Origin: Camelus dromedarius
Taxonomy: Eukaryota
Reading direction: 5' to 3'
NCBI RefSeq assembly: GCF_036321535.1
Contig: NC_087459.1
Location: 29,884,001-29,948,000 of the forward strand
DNA length: 64,000 nucleotides
Part shown: positions 46,301 through 58,077 of the stretch, piece after piece
Layout: the number at the start of each line of letters is the position of its first letter
Numbering within the stretch: the first letter of the stretch is position 1
The notes under the pieces: model-generated
Databases searched by the model: none
Seen by the model: the letters and a program-made list of their open reading frames with translations, nothing else
Told to the model about the DNA's origin: nothing
Translations under genes and position numbers: made by a program

Positions 46301-47740
46301 GGAGGGACCATCTCCCCTCAGTGCTGCTGTGAGCATCGTCCCTGCCATAATCCTCCCTCCTCCCAGTCCAAGGCCAGGCGTGGGCTATGGCCCCAAGAGG
46401 GCCTGGACCTGGGTGATAGGGCTAGGTGGCCTCTCTGTGACACTGCTGGCACCAGTGCAGGAGCTACCCCTTTTTGTTTTTCTGATACAGCGCAGTATCC
46501 CTGTAGACCCTCATCAGAAGGGTCACCTATGGGATCACGCTGAAGTCCCCCAGGCTTGCAATCTCTGGGTCCTGTTGCTTCCAACAATCCTATTCTCAGT
46601 TCTGAACATCGTAGAAGGGAGAGCAGGGTAGGGGTGGTTGGAGATGGGAGCCTCCTACACCAGAGCCTCGCTCTGGACACTCACATACACTTCCTGAAGT
46701 CACCTCCCGTTGACATTTCACGCTGGAGGTTTTGCAGATTTCCGCCCTGCTGGGGTAGAGCAGAAATCACAGCTGTTTCACTTACCTGTTGCCGCGGAAG
46801 GGATCAGCCCCAAGCAGCAGTCCCATCATCTCTCATGGAGCGGGGGGCTGGTCCGCCTCAGCAGGACAGTTCTTCTGATCCCACTTCAAGCCTCCCATGG
46901 TGTCGTCAGACAGCGGCTGGGCTGGTGTCATCCCCAGGCTCAAATGGACCCTGTCTTCCTGGAGGACCTGGACTTTTAGACAGTGGCTCCGAGCTCCCCA
47001 GGGTGCAGGATCCAAGAGGGAGAAAGTGGAAGCTGGCAGCCCTCTGCCGGGCTAGACCTGGAACTGGCACACTGCTGCCACTTTCGAGTCACAGGAACAG
47101 ACCCATGTAAGGGTGTGGGCACCAGGGGGCACATATGGAGGAAAGCCACATGAAGACGGCAGTCAAGATTAAGTGTTGGCTGTGGAGCTGGGGTTCAAAC
47201 CCAGATCACTCAGGCTCCCAGCCCAAGACTGCTGCATCCTCACGGAGAACGGCAGGGGACCCAGGGGCACCCATTCCCATAGCATTTTGAAGAAAGGGCA
47301 AAGAAGGGGAAGAGGGAGGAACACAGACTAGAACGGACCCTGGATGTGCTGCTGTGGGTCCCCTCTGCCTCTCGGTCTCCTGGGACCGTGGCTGTTTGCT
47401 CACAAGGGGCCCAGGCTGCTGCTGCCTCTGCTACCCTGTAACCTCCTCTGTCAGCACCATGGCTGGCCTGACCTCCCGCAGGTGAGCGCACGGCCTCGGG
47501 CTTCCCCTGCAGTCGCCCAAAGGTACCAGGTACATTAACTCCCCATGGGGCCAACTGTGAACAAAGGAGGCAGAAGACAAGATGAAGATGGCAGATAAAT
47601 CCTCCTTTCCTCCTTTTGAATATCGTTCTGAGGCATCACTTTCCTTCTGTACAGCCCATCGGGAAGCATCCCTCACGGCTGAGTGAGCGGGGACACTTCC
47701 TTGCAGCTGGTGAAGAGCGGCCAGCCTGGGAGCGTATCAC

Positions 47741-47800
47741 CTTGTTACACACCCCCTCCCCGTCCTCACTCTTGTTACACACCCCCTCCCCGTCCTCACT
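47741..47800. repeat. Perfect 30-bp tandem duplication (cttgttacacaccccctccccgtcctcact x2)
   Basis: 47741-47770 is identical to 47771-47800. Confidence 0.95.
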
Positions 47801-48086
47801 CTCACCCCCTGGGGTCGCACCTTCCAGCAACCCCTTAGCATTCAAGCCTTGCCTAGGTTCTGTTTTCTAGAAACCCTGGGCTAGGACAGCCCCGGTGCAC
47901 TGCTTACAAGGTCCTCTGCGTCCAAGAGAGAAAGCACAGTCCTCCTGAGGCACAACTGCAGACACAGCCTGAGCGCTGGTGGTGAGATTTCATCCTCAAA
48001 CCCTGACCCTTCACGTGGTGATGCGGGACCCGGACCAGCCATTTCACCTCTCTGGGCGCCAGTGTCCGCACCTGTAAAGTGGGGAG

Positions 48087-48493
48087 GTGTTAGTTGGCCG
48101 GCACTGCCGGAACGGACGGCCGCAGGCTTAGGGGCTTAGACAACAGAAACTCACTCTCTCGCGGTTCTGGAGGCCAGAAGCCCCAGATCAAGGCCCGGGC
48201 AGGGCCGCGCTCACTCCGAAGGCTCAAGGGAGGAGGCTTCTGCACCTCTTCCGGCTTCTGGCGGTCCTGGCGACCCCTGGTGGTCCCCGGCTGGCAGCTG
48301 CATCAGTCCAACGTCTGCCTCTGTCTTCACACGTGTGCGTGTCTTTGTGTCTCTTTTATTCTTATAAAGACACCAGTCATTGGGTGACCTCATCTGAACT
48401 AATTACATCTGTGACAACTATTTCCAAATAAAGTCACATTCCGAGGTTATGAGTGGACATGAATTTTGGGGGGGGACACTATCCACCCCCACT
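48087..48493 (-). mobile_element. MLT1 solo LTR
   Basis: ggcttagacaacagaaactcactctctcgcggttctggaggccagaag...cttataaagacaccagtcattggg...aaagtcacattccgagg...atgaattttggggggg. Confidence 0.85.
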
Positions 48494-51400
48494 GCGGTCT
48501 TGGGTGAGACGAAACCAGCCTCGTGGAGTCGCTGGAGGACACTTACAGTTCTGCACACGTGTGGGGAGCTCGGGGCCTGTGTGAGGTGAATGCTCAGTCG
48601 TGGTCACTGCTGTTACTCGAAACAGAGACCTGAAAACCATCACCCCAACCTTCCCATAAAATCCCCTCTTGGGGAATCCCAAGAACCATCAGGAGCCCCA
48701 GCACATGTCCAAGTTCACGTTTGTGGAGCCCACGAGGCCAAGCTCCAATGCGACTTAGACCCCTACTTTCAGGCTTAAGGAATTCACACTTCAGAGTTGG
48801 GTAATAATCCCTAACATCTATCAAGCATGTACCTTAAACGGAGGGTTTCATTTTATCCTCACAACAGCCTCGTGAAGAAGGTACAATGACCATATGCATT
48901 TTTTAAAAAAGGAGACAACAAAACTGAGGTCCAGAGGTCAAGTGCTTGTCCAACTACACAGCTGGCGAGAAGTGGAGTGGGACGTGCCCAGTCTGAGTCC
49001 ACAGCCCTTGTCCTTCACCAGAACCAAGAGAGACGACCCCCGCTCTGCCTGGCAAGAAGTATTTTTCTTCAGAAAGGATAAACATTTGGTCTTATCTCTT
49101 CAACAATTAAAATGTTTTCTTTTCCAGGTAGTAAGTTTGTCATCTCTAGGGGCATGTAAGCAGTAGCAGGGCTGTGTTGCTTTGCACAGGGATAGATGTT
49201 TGGGTTACAGATCCAGGAAATGGACTGCCGTGTAAACTTTCAAGCACCTCTCTCCACGATGTACTGTCTTGGTGTATCCAGGAGCACATGTCACTTTCTG
49301 GCATCTAGTTTATCTGAAAGTGCCCTCTGTTCCTCCAACCTGGGCACAATTCCCCACTCTGCACCCCATTCCCCAATGCACCCCCTTTCTCCAGGCTCGG
49401 TCAGGGCTGGGCAGTGTGGCCAAGGCTGATACTGGGTGAGGGAGATTGGCTGTGGGGCTCTGGACACGGAGGAGCCAAGGAGCTCCATTCCCTGGCAGCA
49501 TGGGAACCTCCCTTCCTACCCAATGCGGGGTGGGGACACTGCAGGAGAAGAGGAAGCCCGGGGAGGGCTGGCCCACAGGCTGGCTTGAGGACAGGAGCAT
49601 CTCTGAACCAGATATGGGTTTGGTCCTGCTGCTTCTAGCTGGCAGGATCCCTTTTCTGTCCTTGGCCCACCTGGCCACCTACTTGGAGCCGTGGGGAGTG
49701 AGGACAGGGGTACCTGGGTGTTCCAGCCCGCTTACCATACCTTGAGAAGGCTCTTTGCAGGTCACAGAGGTGCTGCCATGGGTCCCCTCTAGTCTTGTTT
49801 ACCCCCAAGACCCCACCCCCTGAGCTGTGCTCTGTGAATGCTGGTGTCCTGGACCCGCCTCTGTCCCAGCGATGACCTGCTGTTCACAGGCTCCTGCCTC
49901 ACTTGTCCTGGGGGATCTCCACCCCTTCCAGGGCCCCCCAGTAGTTCTGGGGGTTCTCAGGTGCCCTCAAAGGGAAGCATCTGCCTTTTTCTGCCTCTCC
50001 TCTGGTTGAAGGCCCTGCTGTTGGAGCCTCGGGAATCCCTCCTTCCAGGTCCCTCCTCCAGGCTGCCTAAGCAGCATCACGAAGCTAACCAGCCAGGCTG
50101 CATCTCGGTGACTTCCTGAGGAGAGGCTTCCTTCTTGCTCATGCTTCAGCCTGACACGGGCTTTGCGGGTGTTTTGCTCCACGTGGCCAGGCAGGGACCC
50201 AGGTTCCTTCCATCAGATGACCCTGGTTCTCCTAGAGCCCTAGAAGAGGGAGGAGAGCTCGGTGGGCCAGGCCTGCAGGGCGTGTGTACTTCACCCCTCT
50301 CCACAGGAACCTGCTTGCGAGGGGGGGCTGGGAAGTGTAGTCCAGCTGCATGTCCAGTGGGCATGTACACGCTGGGCAGTCTCTACTTCAAACGTGTGGG
50401 AATTTCTGCATCCAAAGCACAGACCGGGACAGACCTGGGGGGTGGGGGGGCTGGAGGATCCAAGGGAGGGCTGGAGGGAGAAGCAATCCTAGCAGGAGGA
50501 GCAGGAAGACCCTGGGTCCTTGGCCCTGGAACCTGTGTCTGGTGCTCAAGGGTCAGTCGGATTTCCATTGTCTGTTCCACGGGGGGGACTGACATGGGGC
50601 TTGGGGCTCAGGGGAGCCAAAACTGAGTGGTGGACCCCAGACCGGCTGCTGCAGTTTCCAAACCTCATCCCTGGGCAAGCCTGCCTGTCCTCTCCCCTCC
50701 CTGAGCCCCCGACACAGCTCCCAGCCGCCCGCCCTGCATGCCACAGCCCCCGAGCCCTCAGCCGGGCTTCAGTCTCACCCCTGCCCCTCGAACAGGAATC
50801 AAATCAAATTCCCGACCCCTCCCCTTGGAATCAGTCAGCACTCAGCTCTGGATATGAGCCCTGCTCTGTGTGCGCAGTGTGGAGGCTGGAAATGAACATT
50901 TCTGCCGAAATAACGTCGACAGCAACCTAATTCAAAGTGAGCCCGTGTCTGCACAGGGCTTTCAGCATCTCCCTGAGAGGTTTGGAAACTGGGCTGAGAC
51001 CTGTGGGCAGAACTGAGCAGCTCCAGGGGAAGGCTGGACCCCCGCCTAGGGAAACGGGGATCAGCATGGACGGGGGCAGCTGGGGGAAGGCACCGCCTGT
51101 GCAGGGCCCTCGGGGTGGCTCCCTGCTGCTCCCCCGCTGCCGCCCGGGGAGAGGACGTGCCTGGCCCTGGGGTGGGGTAGCGGTGCTGGCCTGCGGTCTG
51201 GTTGGTTGGACGCAGAGCTGGGATGGAAACGCTAGTGGGTGTGTCCCAGTGTAGGCTGCTTCTGGGGCCAGGCGGCTCCTAGGCTTTCAAACCAGCAGCG
51301 TTTGCTGAGTCTGGTAGCTGAGATACTGCCCACCAGGACGCTGCCACAGTTTGGGCTTCCCTATTCCTGTCATCTGCCAAGCTTGGGGCGCTACTTCAGT

Positions 51401-51664
51401 TCTGGACCTCAGGGGCTGCGTGATATGGGGAATTGATGCAGGCTCAATCCTGGCCCCAGCCCTTCCCTGCTGTGTAACCCTGAGCCATTGTCTTAACCAC
51501 TCTGAGCCTTGGTTTTCTCATCCATAAGGTGGGGACAGTAGCAACTACCTTAACAGGCTGTCTTAGGGGACTGGAAATCACACGTAAAGCACCGGCGCCT
51601 GCAATACCTCCAGTGATGGTGGCTAGTGTTGCCATGGCAATGAAGATGGTACAGAGGACGGCAA

Positions 51665-51920
51665 TGGGTGGGCCCTAATCCAGTAGGACCGGGGTCCTTA
51701 AAAGAAGAGGAGACTAGGGCACAGACACACACAGCGGGAAGACTGTGTGAGGACCCAGGGTGAAGGCGGCCGTCTACAAGCCAAGGAAGGGGCCTCATGA
51801 GAGACCAACCCTGCTGACACCTTGATCTCATACTTCCAGCCTGTGTGAAAATAAATTTCTGTTGTTTAAGCCACTCAGTCTGTGTTACAGTGTCATGGCG
51901 GCCCTAGCAAAATAATACAA
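51665..51920 (+). mobile_element. MLT1 (B-like) LTR, 5'-truncated
   Basis: gggtgggccctaatccagtaggaccggggtcctta...accaaccctgctgacaccttgatc...aataaatttctgttgtttaagccac...gccctagcaaaataataca. Confidence 0.85.
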
Positions 51921-51980
51921 CTTTCAGTCCCCATGACAGCCCAGGGAGGCGGGTGACATGAAGAATAGGGGGTGTGAGGA

Positions 51981-52080
51981 GGGGATACAGGGGTACGGCT
52001 CAGTGGCAGAGCACATGCTCTGCACGGGTGAAGCCCTGGGTTCAATCCCCAGCGCCTCCAATAAAAGAAGAAAGGAAAAG
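51981..52080 (+). mobile_element. tRNA-derived lineage SINE (diverged copy)
   Basis: ggggtacggctcagtggcagagcacatgctctgcacgggtgaagccctgggttcaatccccagcgcctcc followed by an A-rich tail. Confidence 0.8.
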
Positions 52081-54590
52081 AACGGGGAAGACGAGCCTCG
52101 GTGAGGCAAGGCCAGACGCTGGCCCGAGGTGCCCCGGCAGGGCCAGCTGGAGCTGGCGGTGGCTGCCCCCTCCCTGTGGCCTCCAGCAGTCAGTTCCTTT
52201 CCTGGGATGGTTCCAGGCTGGGGAGGCTGCAGCTGGATCAGCTGGGGTCCCCCCACCGCCTGCCCTGACCTGTGGCTAAAGTCTGCTTTCTTTTCCAGCT
52301 ACATCTGAGTGCACTGTCTGTCTGTGGTTACATTCAGGCTGGATCGATACCCCTGCCTCCCAATTCATCCACCACAGCAGTAAGAATGACGGCAGGGCAG
52401 TCAGGCCAGCGTCTGAGCACCAGCACCGCTCAGGGCAGGGGTGCACCAGCCAGAGGATCCCTGGAGAGTCCAGGACACATGATGGTGGCCAGTGGCTTGG
52501 CTCAAAGGCTGGGGCTGTGGCCAGATCCAGTACGCCCCATCCAGGGTGCAGGTATGTGCTGTAGGCACAGAGCCGGCCTGTCAGCCACCCAGTCTGAAAC
52601 CTCTGCTCATGAATGCCAGACCTCCGGCTGCTTGCTCTAAAAACTCCCAGTGTGTTAAAGCCCTACCTTAGGAGTTCTCTATTGGTGTAAGTTATAGTTT
52701 CACATCAGTTTTAGGACCCACAGAAATCAGCCCTGACCAGCATCCAGCATCTTCAGCCTGCACCAGCATCCCTTGATACACACCTCCCAGGAGCCCCAGA
52801 CATCTGTCTCCTTTCCAGTCACCTTAGAGCCCCAACCATAATTAACACGCCGTGTGTTGACGGGAAAGCAGGGAGTCCTCTCCCGTCCTGGCTCTTGTGA
52901 TTTACTATTTGTTTTCCTAGTTGTTCTCTGCTTCCTGGAGACAGGGTCATGATGTCCACGTTCAATGTGTGGCTTCTTTCCTGGGCTCTGGATGCTGGTG
53001 GTAAAGTCAGAGACTGGTGACTCCCCCTTAGAGAAGAGACAGCAGATCTGTCCAGCTGCCCCAAGAATCCATCATAACGCATCAGGCACTGTTTCCTCAG
53101 TGGAGCTTTGGGAATGGAACAAAACTGCTCACACGTTTGTATTTCAGTCAAGTGTCGGCTGTTCTTTCACCTGTCACATGATCTTTAAACAAAAAGGGGA
53201 GTGTCGAGCATTTAACTCACACATACAAAATGCAATGTGCTGGGCATTGGATCAACCCAAGTTGAACACTGTATCCACGACCTACTCGCCATAGGTATAA
53301 ACTGACTTGAACAAAACCAACCTGGTAATTAGCTTAAGCCAAGAGGGGTTTATGGGAGGGACAGGTGACCGGAGGAGCTGGGCTGGAGATGGTAAGGAGG
53401 CGAGGAATGGAGGGATCTCAGGGGTCTGCAAAACCCCTGAGACTGCCTGCACCCGCGTCTGTGTGCATGAGAAAGAGCGACGCGTGCGGGCAGCCAGTGC
53501 ACCTGCTGGAGGTGCGTGTCAGGAGCTCTCATTAGGGTCTCAGAGCGGGTCTGTCACCACGTCCTCCCCTTAAAGAGGCGCAGACTCACTGCTTGAATCA
53601 CCTCCATGGCCACTCGGGCCTAAGCTGCCATGGCCTCCCCCGTGGTGTCCCCGTGTGGAGGTGGTCTCCCTGACCTTCCTGACCCCATGCACTCCACCCT
53701 CCACAGCAGGCAGAGGAGTCCTTGGAAAAGTTCCAGGTCTCGTCACATCATGATCCTGCATGAGATGCATCAAGGCTCCCCTGTTTCTGAGCTCTAAGAT
53801 CTGCACCTTCCTCCCTGGGCAGCAAGCCTTGACAAGCCTTCCCCTTCTCAGTGTCTCTCCACCCTTCACCCCACTCTCCACTCCAGCCACAAACAAATGC
53901 CCTAAGTGCCCTGGCTCAGGGGACCAACCGTCCAAGTCACCTGGCACTAGGGTCTTCCCAGGACCCGGGACTTTCATTGCTTACACCAGGACAGTCCCAG
54001 GCAAACGGGGACAGCAGATTACCCAGCTTCACCCCCTCCTGCCTTTGACAGCACTGCTCCCTCCTCATTTCTGACCACCCACCCCACCCACACTGAGTTA
54101 GGTGCCCCTCATCTGTGCTCCCACAGGGCCCCTTCCTTCCTGTCACAACGCCCACCCCACTGTACTGAAATCGCTTACTTAATCATCCCTCTTCCTGCTG
54201 CCTTACTCACTGCAGCATCCCTGCACCAAACATATGATCTAGATTAGCTGAGTAACACGTGTGGTCGGGGCAACGGGGAGCAGATGACTCCACGCTGAGC
54301 AACCCTGATGCACAGGGAGGCAGGGAGATGCAGCCCCCTCTCTGCCTGGAGACCTACCTTACAAAGGGCAGCTCTTGGTTCTGGCATCAATCAGGAACAT
54401 CTGATTGACAGCAAGACAAAAACAATTCTGAATTCAGCTCCCCAAAGTTTTCAGGAGGCTCTGGGGGTAGCTCACAGAGTTGGAGGGTAGGCAGGAGAGA
54501 AGTTCCCCACAGGAAAACCACCCAGCTTGTGGTGAATGTCGGGGGTCGCTGACAGCCCAAGGATTCAAGTTTCAGGGGGGGGGGAACCTG

Positions 54591-54607
54591 ATCAGCACCT
54601 TGGCCAG
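54591..54607 (+). promoter_or_regulatory. RE1/NRSE (REST) motif
   Basis: ATCAGCACCTTGGCCAG matches the 17-bp consensus NTYAGMRCCNNRGMSAG at every position. Confidence 0.55.
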
Positions 54608-54640
54608 AGCAGGCAGGGGCGCCGTGAGCCACACTCCCAC

Positions 54641-55087
54641 TGTAGTAGTTTGCTAGGACTGCTGTTAAAAATACCGCACACTGAGAGGCTTAAGTACCAG
54701 AAATGTATCGTCTCAGAGTTCTGGAGGTCAGCCTTCCAAGATCAGGAGGTCGGCAGGGCTGTGTGCCCTCTGCAGGCATTAGGAAAGGATCCATGCCAGG
54801 CTTCTCTCCCAGCTTCTGATAGTTTCCTGGGCAGCATCATTCCAGTCTCCACATGGCATCCTCTCTGTGTATGTCTGCGTCCAAATTCCTCCTTCTTAAA
54901 GGGACATCAGTCATACTGGATCGGGGCCCATCTACTCCTGTAGGACCTCATACTAACTAATGATATCTGCAATGACGCTATTTCCAAGTCAAGTCACACA
55001 CTGAAGAACTGGGAGTTGGGAGAGAGGGGTTAGGACTGCAACACAACACAAGAATCTGGAGACAGAAGACACAACTCAACCCATGAC
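54641..55087 (-). mobile_element. MLT1 solo LTR
   Basis: tgtagtagtttgctaggactgc...gtctcagagttctggagg...ccaaattcctccttcttaaagggacatcagtcatactggat...ctatttccaagtcaagtcacac. Confidence 0.85.
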
Positions 55088-56479
55088 ACCCACCGAGACA
55101 GATTTCAGGGGGTGAGATGGCCCCTCAAAACCAAATGAGGGTGCCATCCCTAGGAAAAGGCAAGAATGAAAGCTGGGCAGTTTTTTGACCACAGTTGCTC
55201 CAGTGGCTGTGAGAGCCTCACTAGGTGATCAGATGTCAGAGGGCCATGGTGTAAACAAACAACTTGCTTTCTCCTACAATGACCTCGCTCAGGCTGTTAA
55301 GAACTGAGCCTCCCGTCAAGAGTTTCCCCAGTGCACCCGCTCAACCAGAATTCACTGAGCACCTAATAGCAACCAAGTTCTGCTCAAGGCATGTGGACAA
55401 CAGCTGAAAGAAGATCGAAAAATTCCTGCCCTCCAGGGGCTTCTGTTCTAGTAACAACCCCCGCTCAACCCAGCCACCCCTGAACATCTGTTGATCCCCT
55501 CCAGAGGGAAGCAGGGCTTCTCTTTCCCACCGTGGTCCTCCCAGCAACACTTCTACTGGGGGGACCACTGCCCCCAACCCCATCTGCCTTCCCCCTCCCC
55601 TGTGTCTTCCTTTGTCTCAGGAACTAAAACAGAAGGTGAGTTTATCAGACGCAAATTGCTCAAGGACCTCATTCATTTTGTGCAGTAATTAAATAGAAGC
55701 TGTTTGGAAATATAATTATAGATTGGCCCATCAAAGCAAATTAAATCTTTGAAGAGTAATGGCCTAATTAGCTTCCAGATTCTGCCATTAAAAAAAAAAA
55801 ATCCAAACGCCCTATTGTCCCAAACCAGGAAATATCAGGGCCCAGCTGTGAAAGGCATCAAAGGGCCATTAATATCAGGTGGCTGCGGATTCTAAGCGGA
55901 TGAGGGGCCGCAGGTGTAGACCCATTTATCAAGATGAACCTGGCCAGCTAGACTTGGGTTCCTTATTTATTTATTTGCTTCACAGAGTCTTAACATTCTT
56001 GTATAAACTATCCACTCTGGGGCTTTTTAGCTCAAGATCCTGGCCAGGAGGCCCTGCCCCCTTTCTCTCTCAGCCCCGGGACTCAGTCTCTTTCCTTTCC
56101 ATCTTAATGCTGACCCCGCACATCTGTCTCCTGTTCCCTCAACACCAAGCCCGTCTCTGCTGCAGTCGCCGCCACCCCGACCCTCCTCACAGCCAGTTTT
56201 CCCCTGACCTGGGAGATGGAAGAGCCTCTGGAAAGTTCTGGAACGTAAAGGGATGTCTCAGGTCCTTGCCCCTCTCTGAGCCCTGACTGCGTCATGGACG
56301 CCCGTGGGCCTCGGGCTCCTCCTCTGCTCCGCTTCCGGCGGGTGGCGGCTCCCCGAGCAGGGCTGACAGGGGGCTGCCCTTCTCTTGCTCTCACCTGACA
56401 ACCGCACCCAGATTTTCCCACGAGGAACCGGCCTCCACTGCGTCTGTGAGGACTGCGCGGTCAGCCCCACCCGCCGGGC

Positions 56480-56850
56480 CCAAGGACGGACATGGGATCC
56501 AAGCCTGGCCAATCAGAACGGCTCATTCCCCTGGCCCACGTGATTGGCCAGGAGTGGGCACGTGACCCAAGCCAGCCCAATCAGAAACACAGCGGTTGGC
56601 CGTGGGCTTTTCCAGCGAGTGGCTGAGCCGGCCGCCGCCCGTGTGCTGCTGGAGGGGTGCGTTTCCCTAGGATGCCGGGCCCGGGGAAGCGCAGAGCCCC
56701 AGTGCAGGCTCGAGCCCCGGGCCTGCTTGGGCTGGGAGTGACACCTCCCTGGGCTTTTCAGTTTCTGCGTGAGCCTTTCGTTTTTCACTTCCGCCAGTTT
56801 GAGTTGGAATGCTGGCAGTTGCAATGGAAAATCCTCTTAATTCTGAGGTC
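56480..56850. mobile_element. Ancient MaLR LTR (MLT1H/J/K-like) carrying CCAAT and CACGTG motifs
   Basis: ggccaatcag...tgattggcc...ggcacgtgacccaagccagcccaatcaga is typical of older MLT1 subfamilies. Subfamily uncertain. Confidence 0.5.
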
Positions 56851-58077
56851 CTCCCTTCTCAGCACCCCAAACCCAGGAGGCCCTGGTGCCAGCACGTGCT
56901 GGCTTCATGGGGCTCCAGACAGGGCCTCATGTCTGCAGCCTAACTTCCCCAGAGAATGACAGTTGGAGTCTCATCCCTACAGGGCCCCTCAGAAGCAGCT
57001 AGAACTCCTCCTGCATACCCCTGAGAAGTGGATGCTAAGGCCATGTTAGTTAGAATTTTACTGGAGAAACGCCCATAGGAAAAAAATGGAGAGGGAGTCA
57101 GGAAAGACCAGGGCAGGAAGCACACAGTGCAAGGTGGGAAGGCAAGAGGATGCGAAAGGAGGTTGGGTAGAGGGCCAAGAACGCCATGCAATCTGAGGGA
57201 GGCTTGCAAAGCTGTTGGGGAGGCCTGGAGCCACCGTCTCCCACTCTGTCACTCTTGGTCACTAGCTGGGAGTGGGGGTCCTGGAGCACAGTGCGGGGGT
57301 GCTGGGTCAGTGCTGGGTTTGGGGCACTGCCATCATGGAGCTAGAGCCTAATTGGGAAGAATGACAAAAATAAAACAAAAAAGAATTGACAAAATGATTA
57401 CAACTGTCATGATCATGAAGGATTATGTGTGTTTGTGCGTGGTGGCATGAAAGGGGAGGGACATGGCTTGGGACAGTGGGGTCCTCTCTGAAGAAGTGAC
57501 ATTTATAACCACTGAGGTTCAAAGGATCAAGAGTGAGCCCCTTGGGGTGGGAGGGGTGAGGCAAAAAACTGAATTAATGGAAAGTACTTGCTGCAGGGTT
57601 TACTCCCCTCCCTCTCTGGGCCTGGGGAGCTGCAGGGTGTGGGTGCTGGCTGCATAACCAACAGCCATCAAGAGTGGTGAGAAAGCAAGGCTGACCCCAC
57701 CTGGAGGGAAATCTGGTCCAGAGCCCTCAGGACTCAATCTGGGGTGCCCCACACTGGCTGGCAAGTGGCCATGCTGAGGCAGAGGAAGAAAGATAGGGCC
57801 GGCCTCCAGCCCTCCTGTCTCCAGCCACCAGCAAGAAGAGTCCCCAGCCTGGAGGTCCCAAGAGGTTCCTTTGGCCAGAGCCTGGAACTATCCACTTCTT
57901 CCATGTCAACTCATAATATATAAGAAGACACAACTACTGTTGACTTAATAAGAGCTCGGAGGGAGGCAGAAATACTGCATTGGAGATGATCACTAGTTGT
58001 AAGATACATGTGGATTTTAACATTAACAAGTGGGAGGAAAGAGAGTCTTAGAATCAAGGAATTGAAGTCCCCTGTGC

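Noticed and set aside
47450-47470. RE1-like GTCAGCACCATGGCTGG
   Set aside because: Only the left half matches; the right half fails the GMSAG requirement. The right-half-only match GACAGCGCC at ~26629 was rejected likewise.
47741-47800. CRISPR-like or array-type repeat system
   Set aside because: Only two abutting copies with no spacers, and the context is eukaryotic; no repeat-spacer array exists anywhere in the window.
10760-52080. tRNA-like sequences (A/B boxes) at six positions
   Set aside because: Each has an A-rich tail and SINE body, and one has a TSD; they are tRNA-derived SINEs, not tRNA genes.
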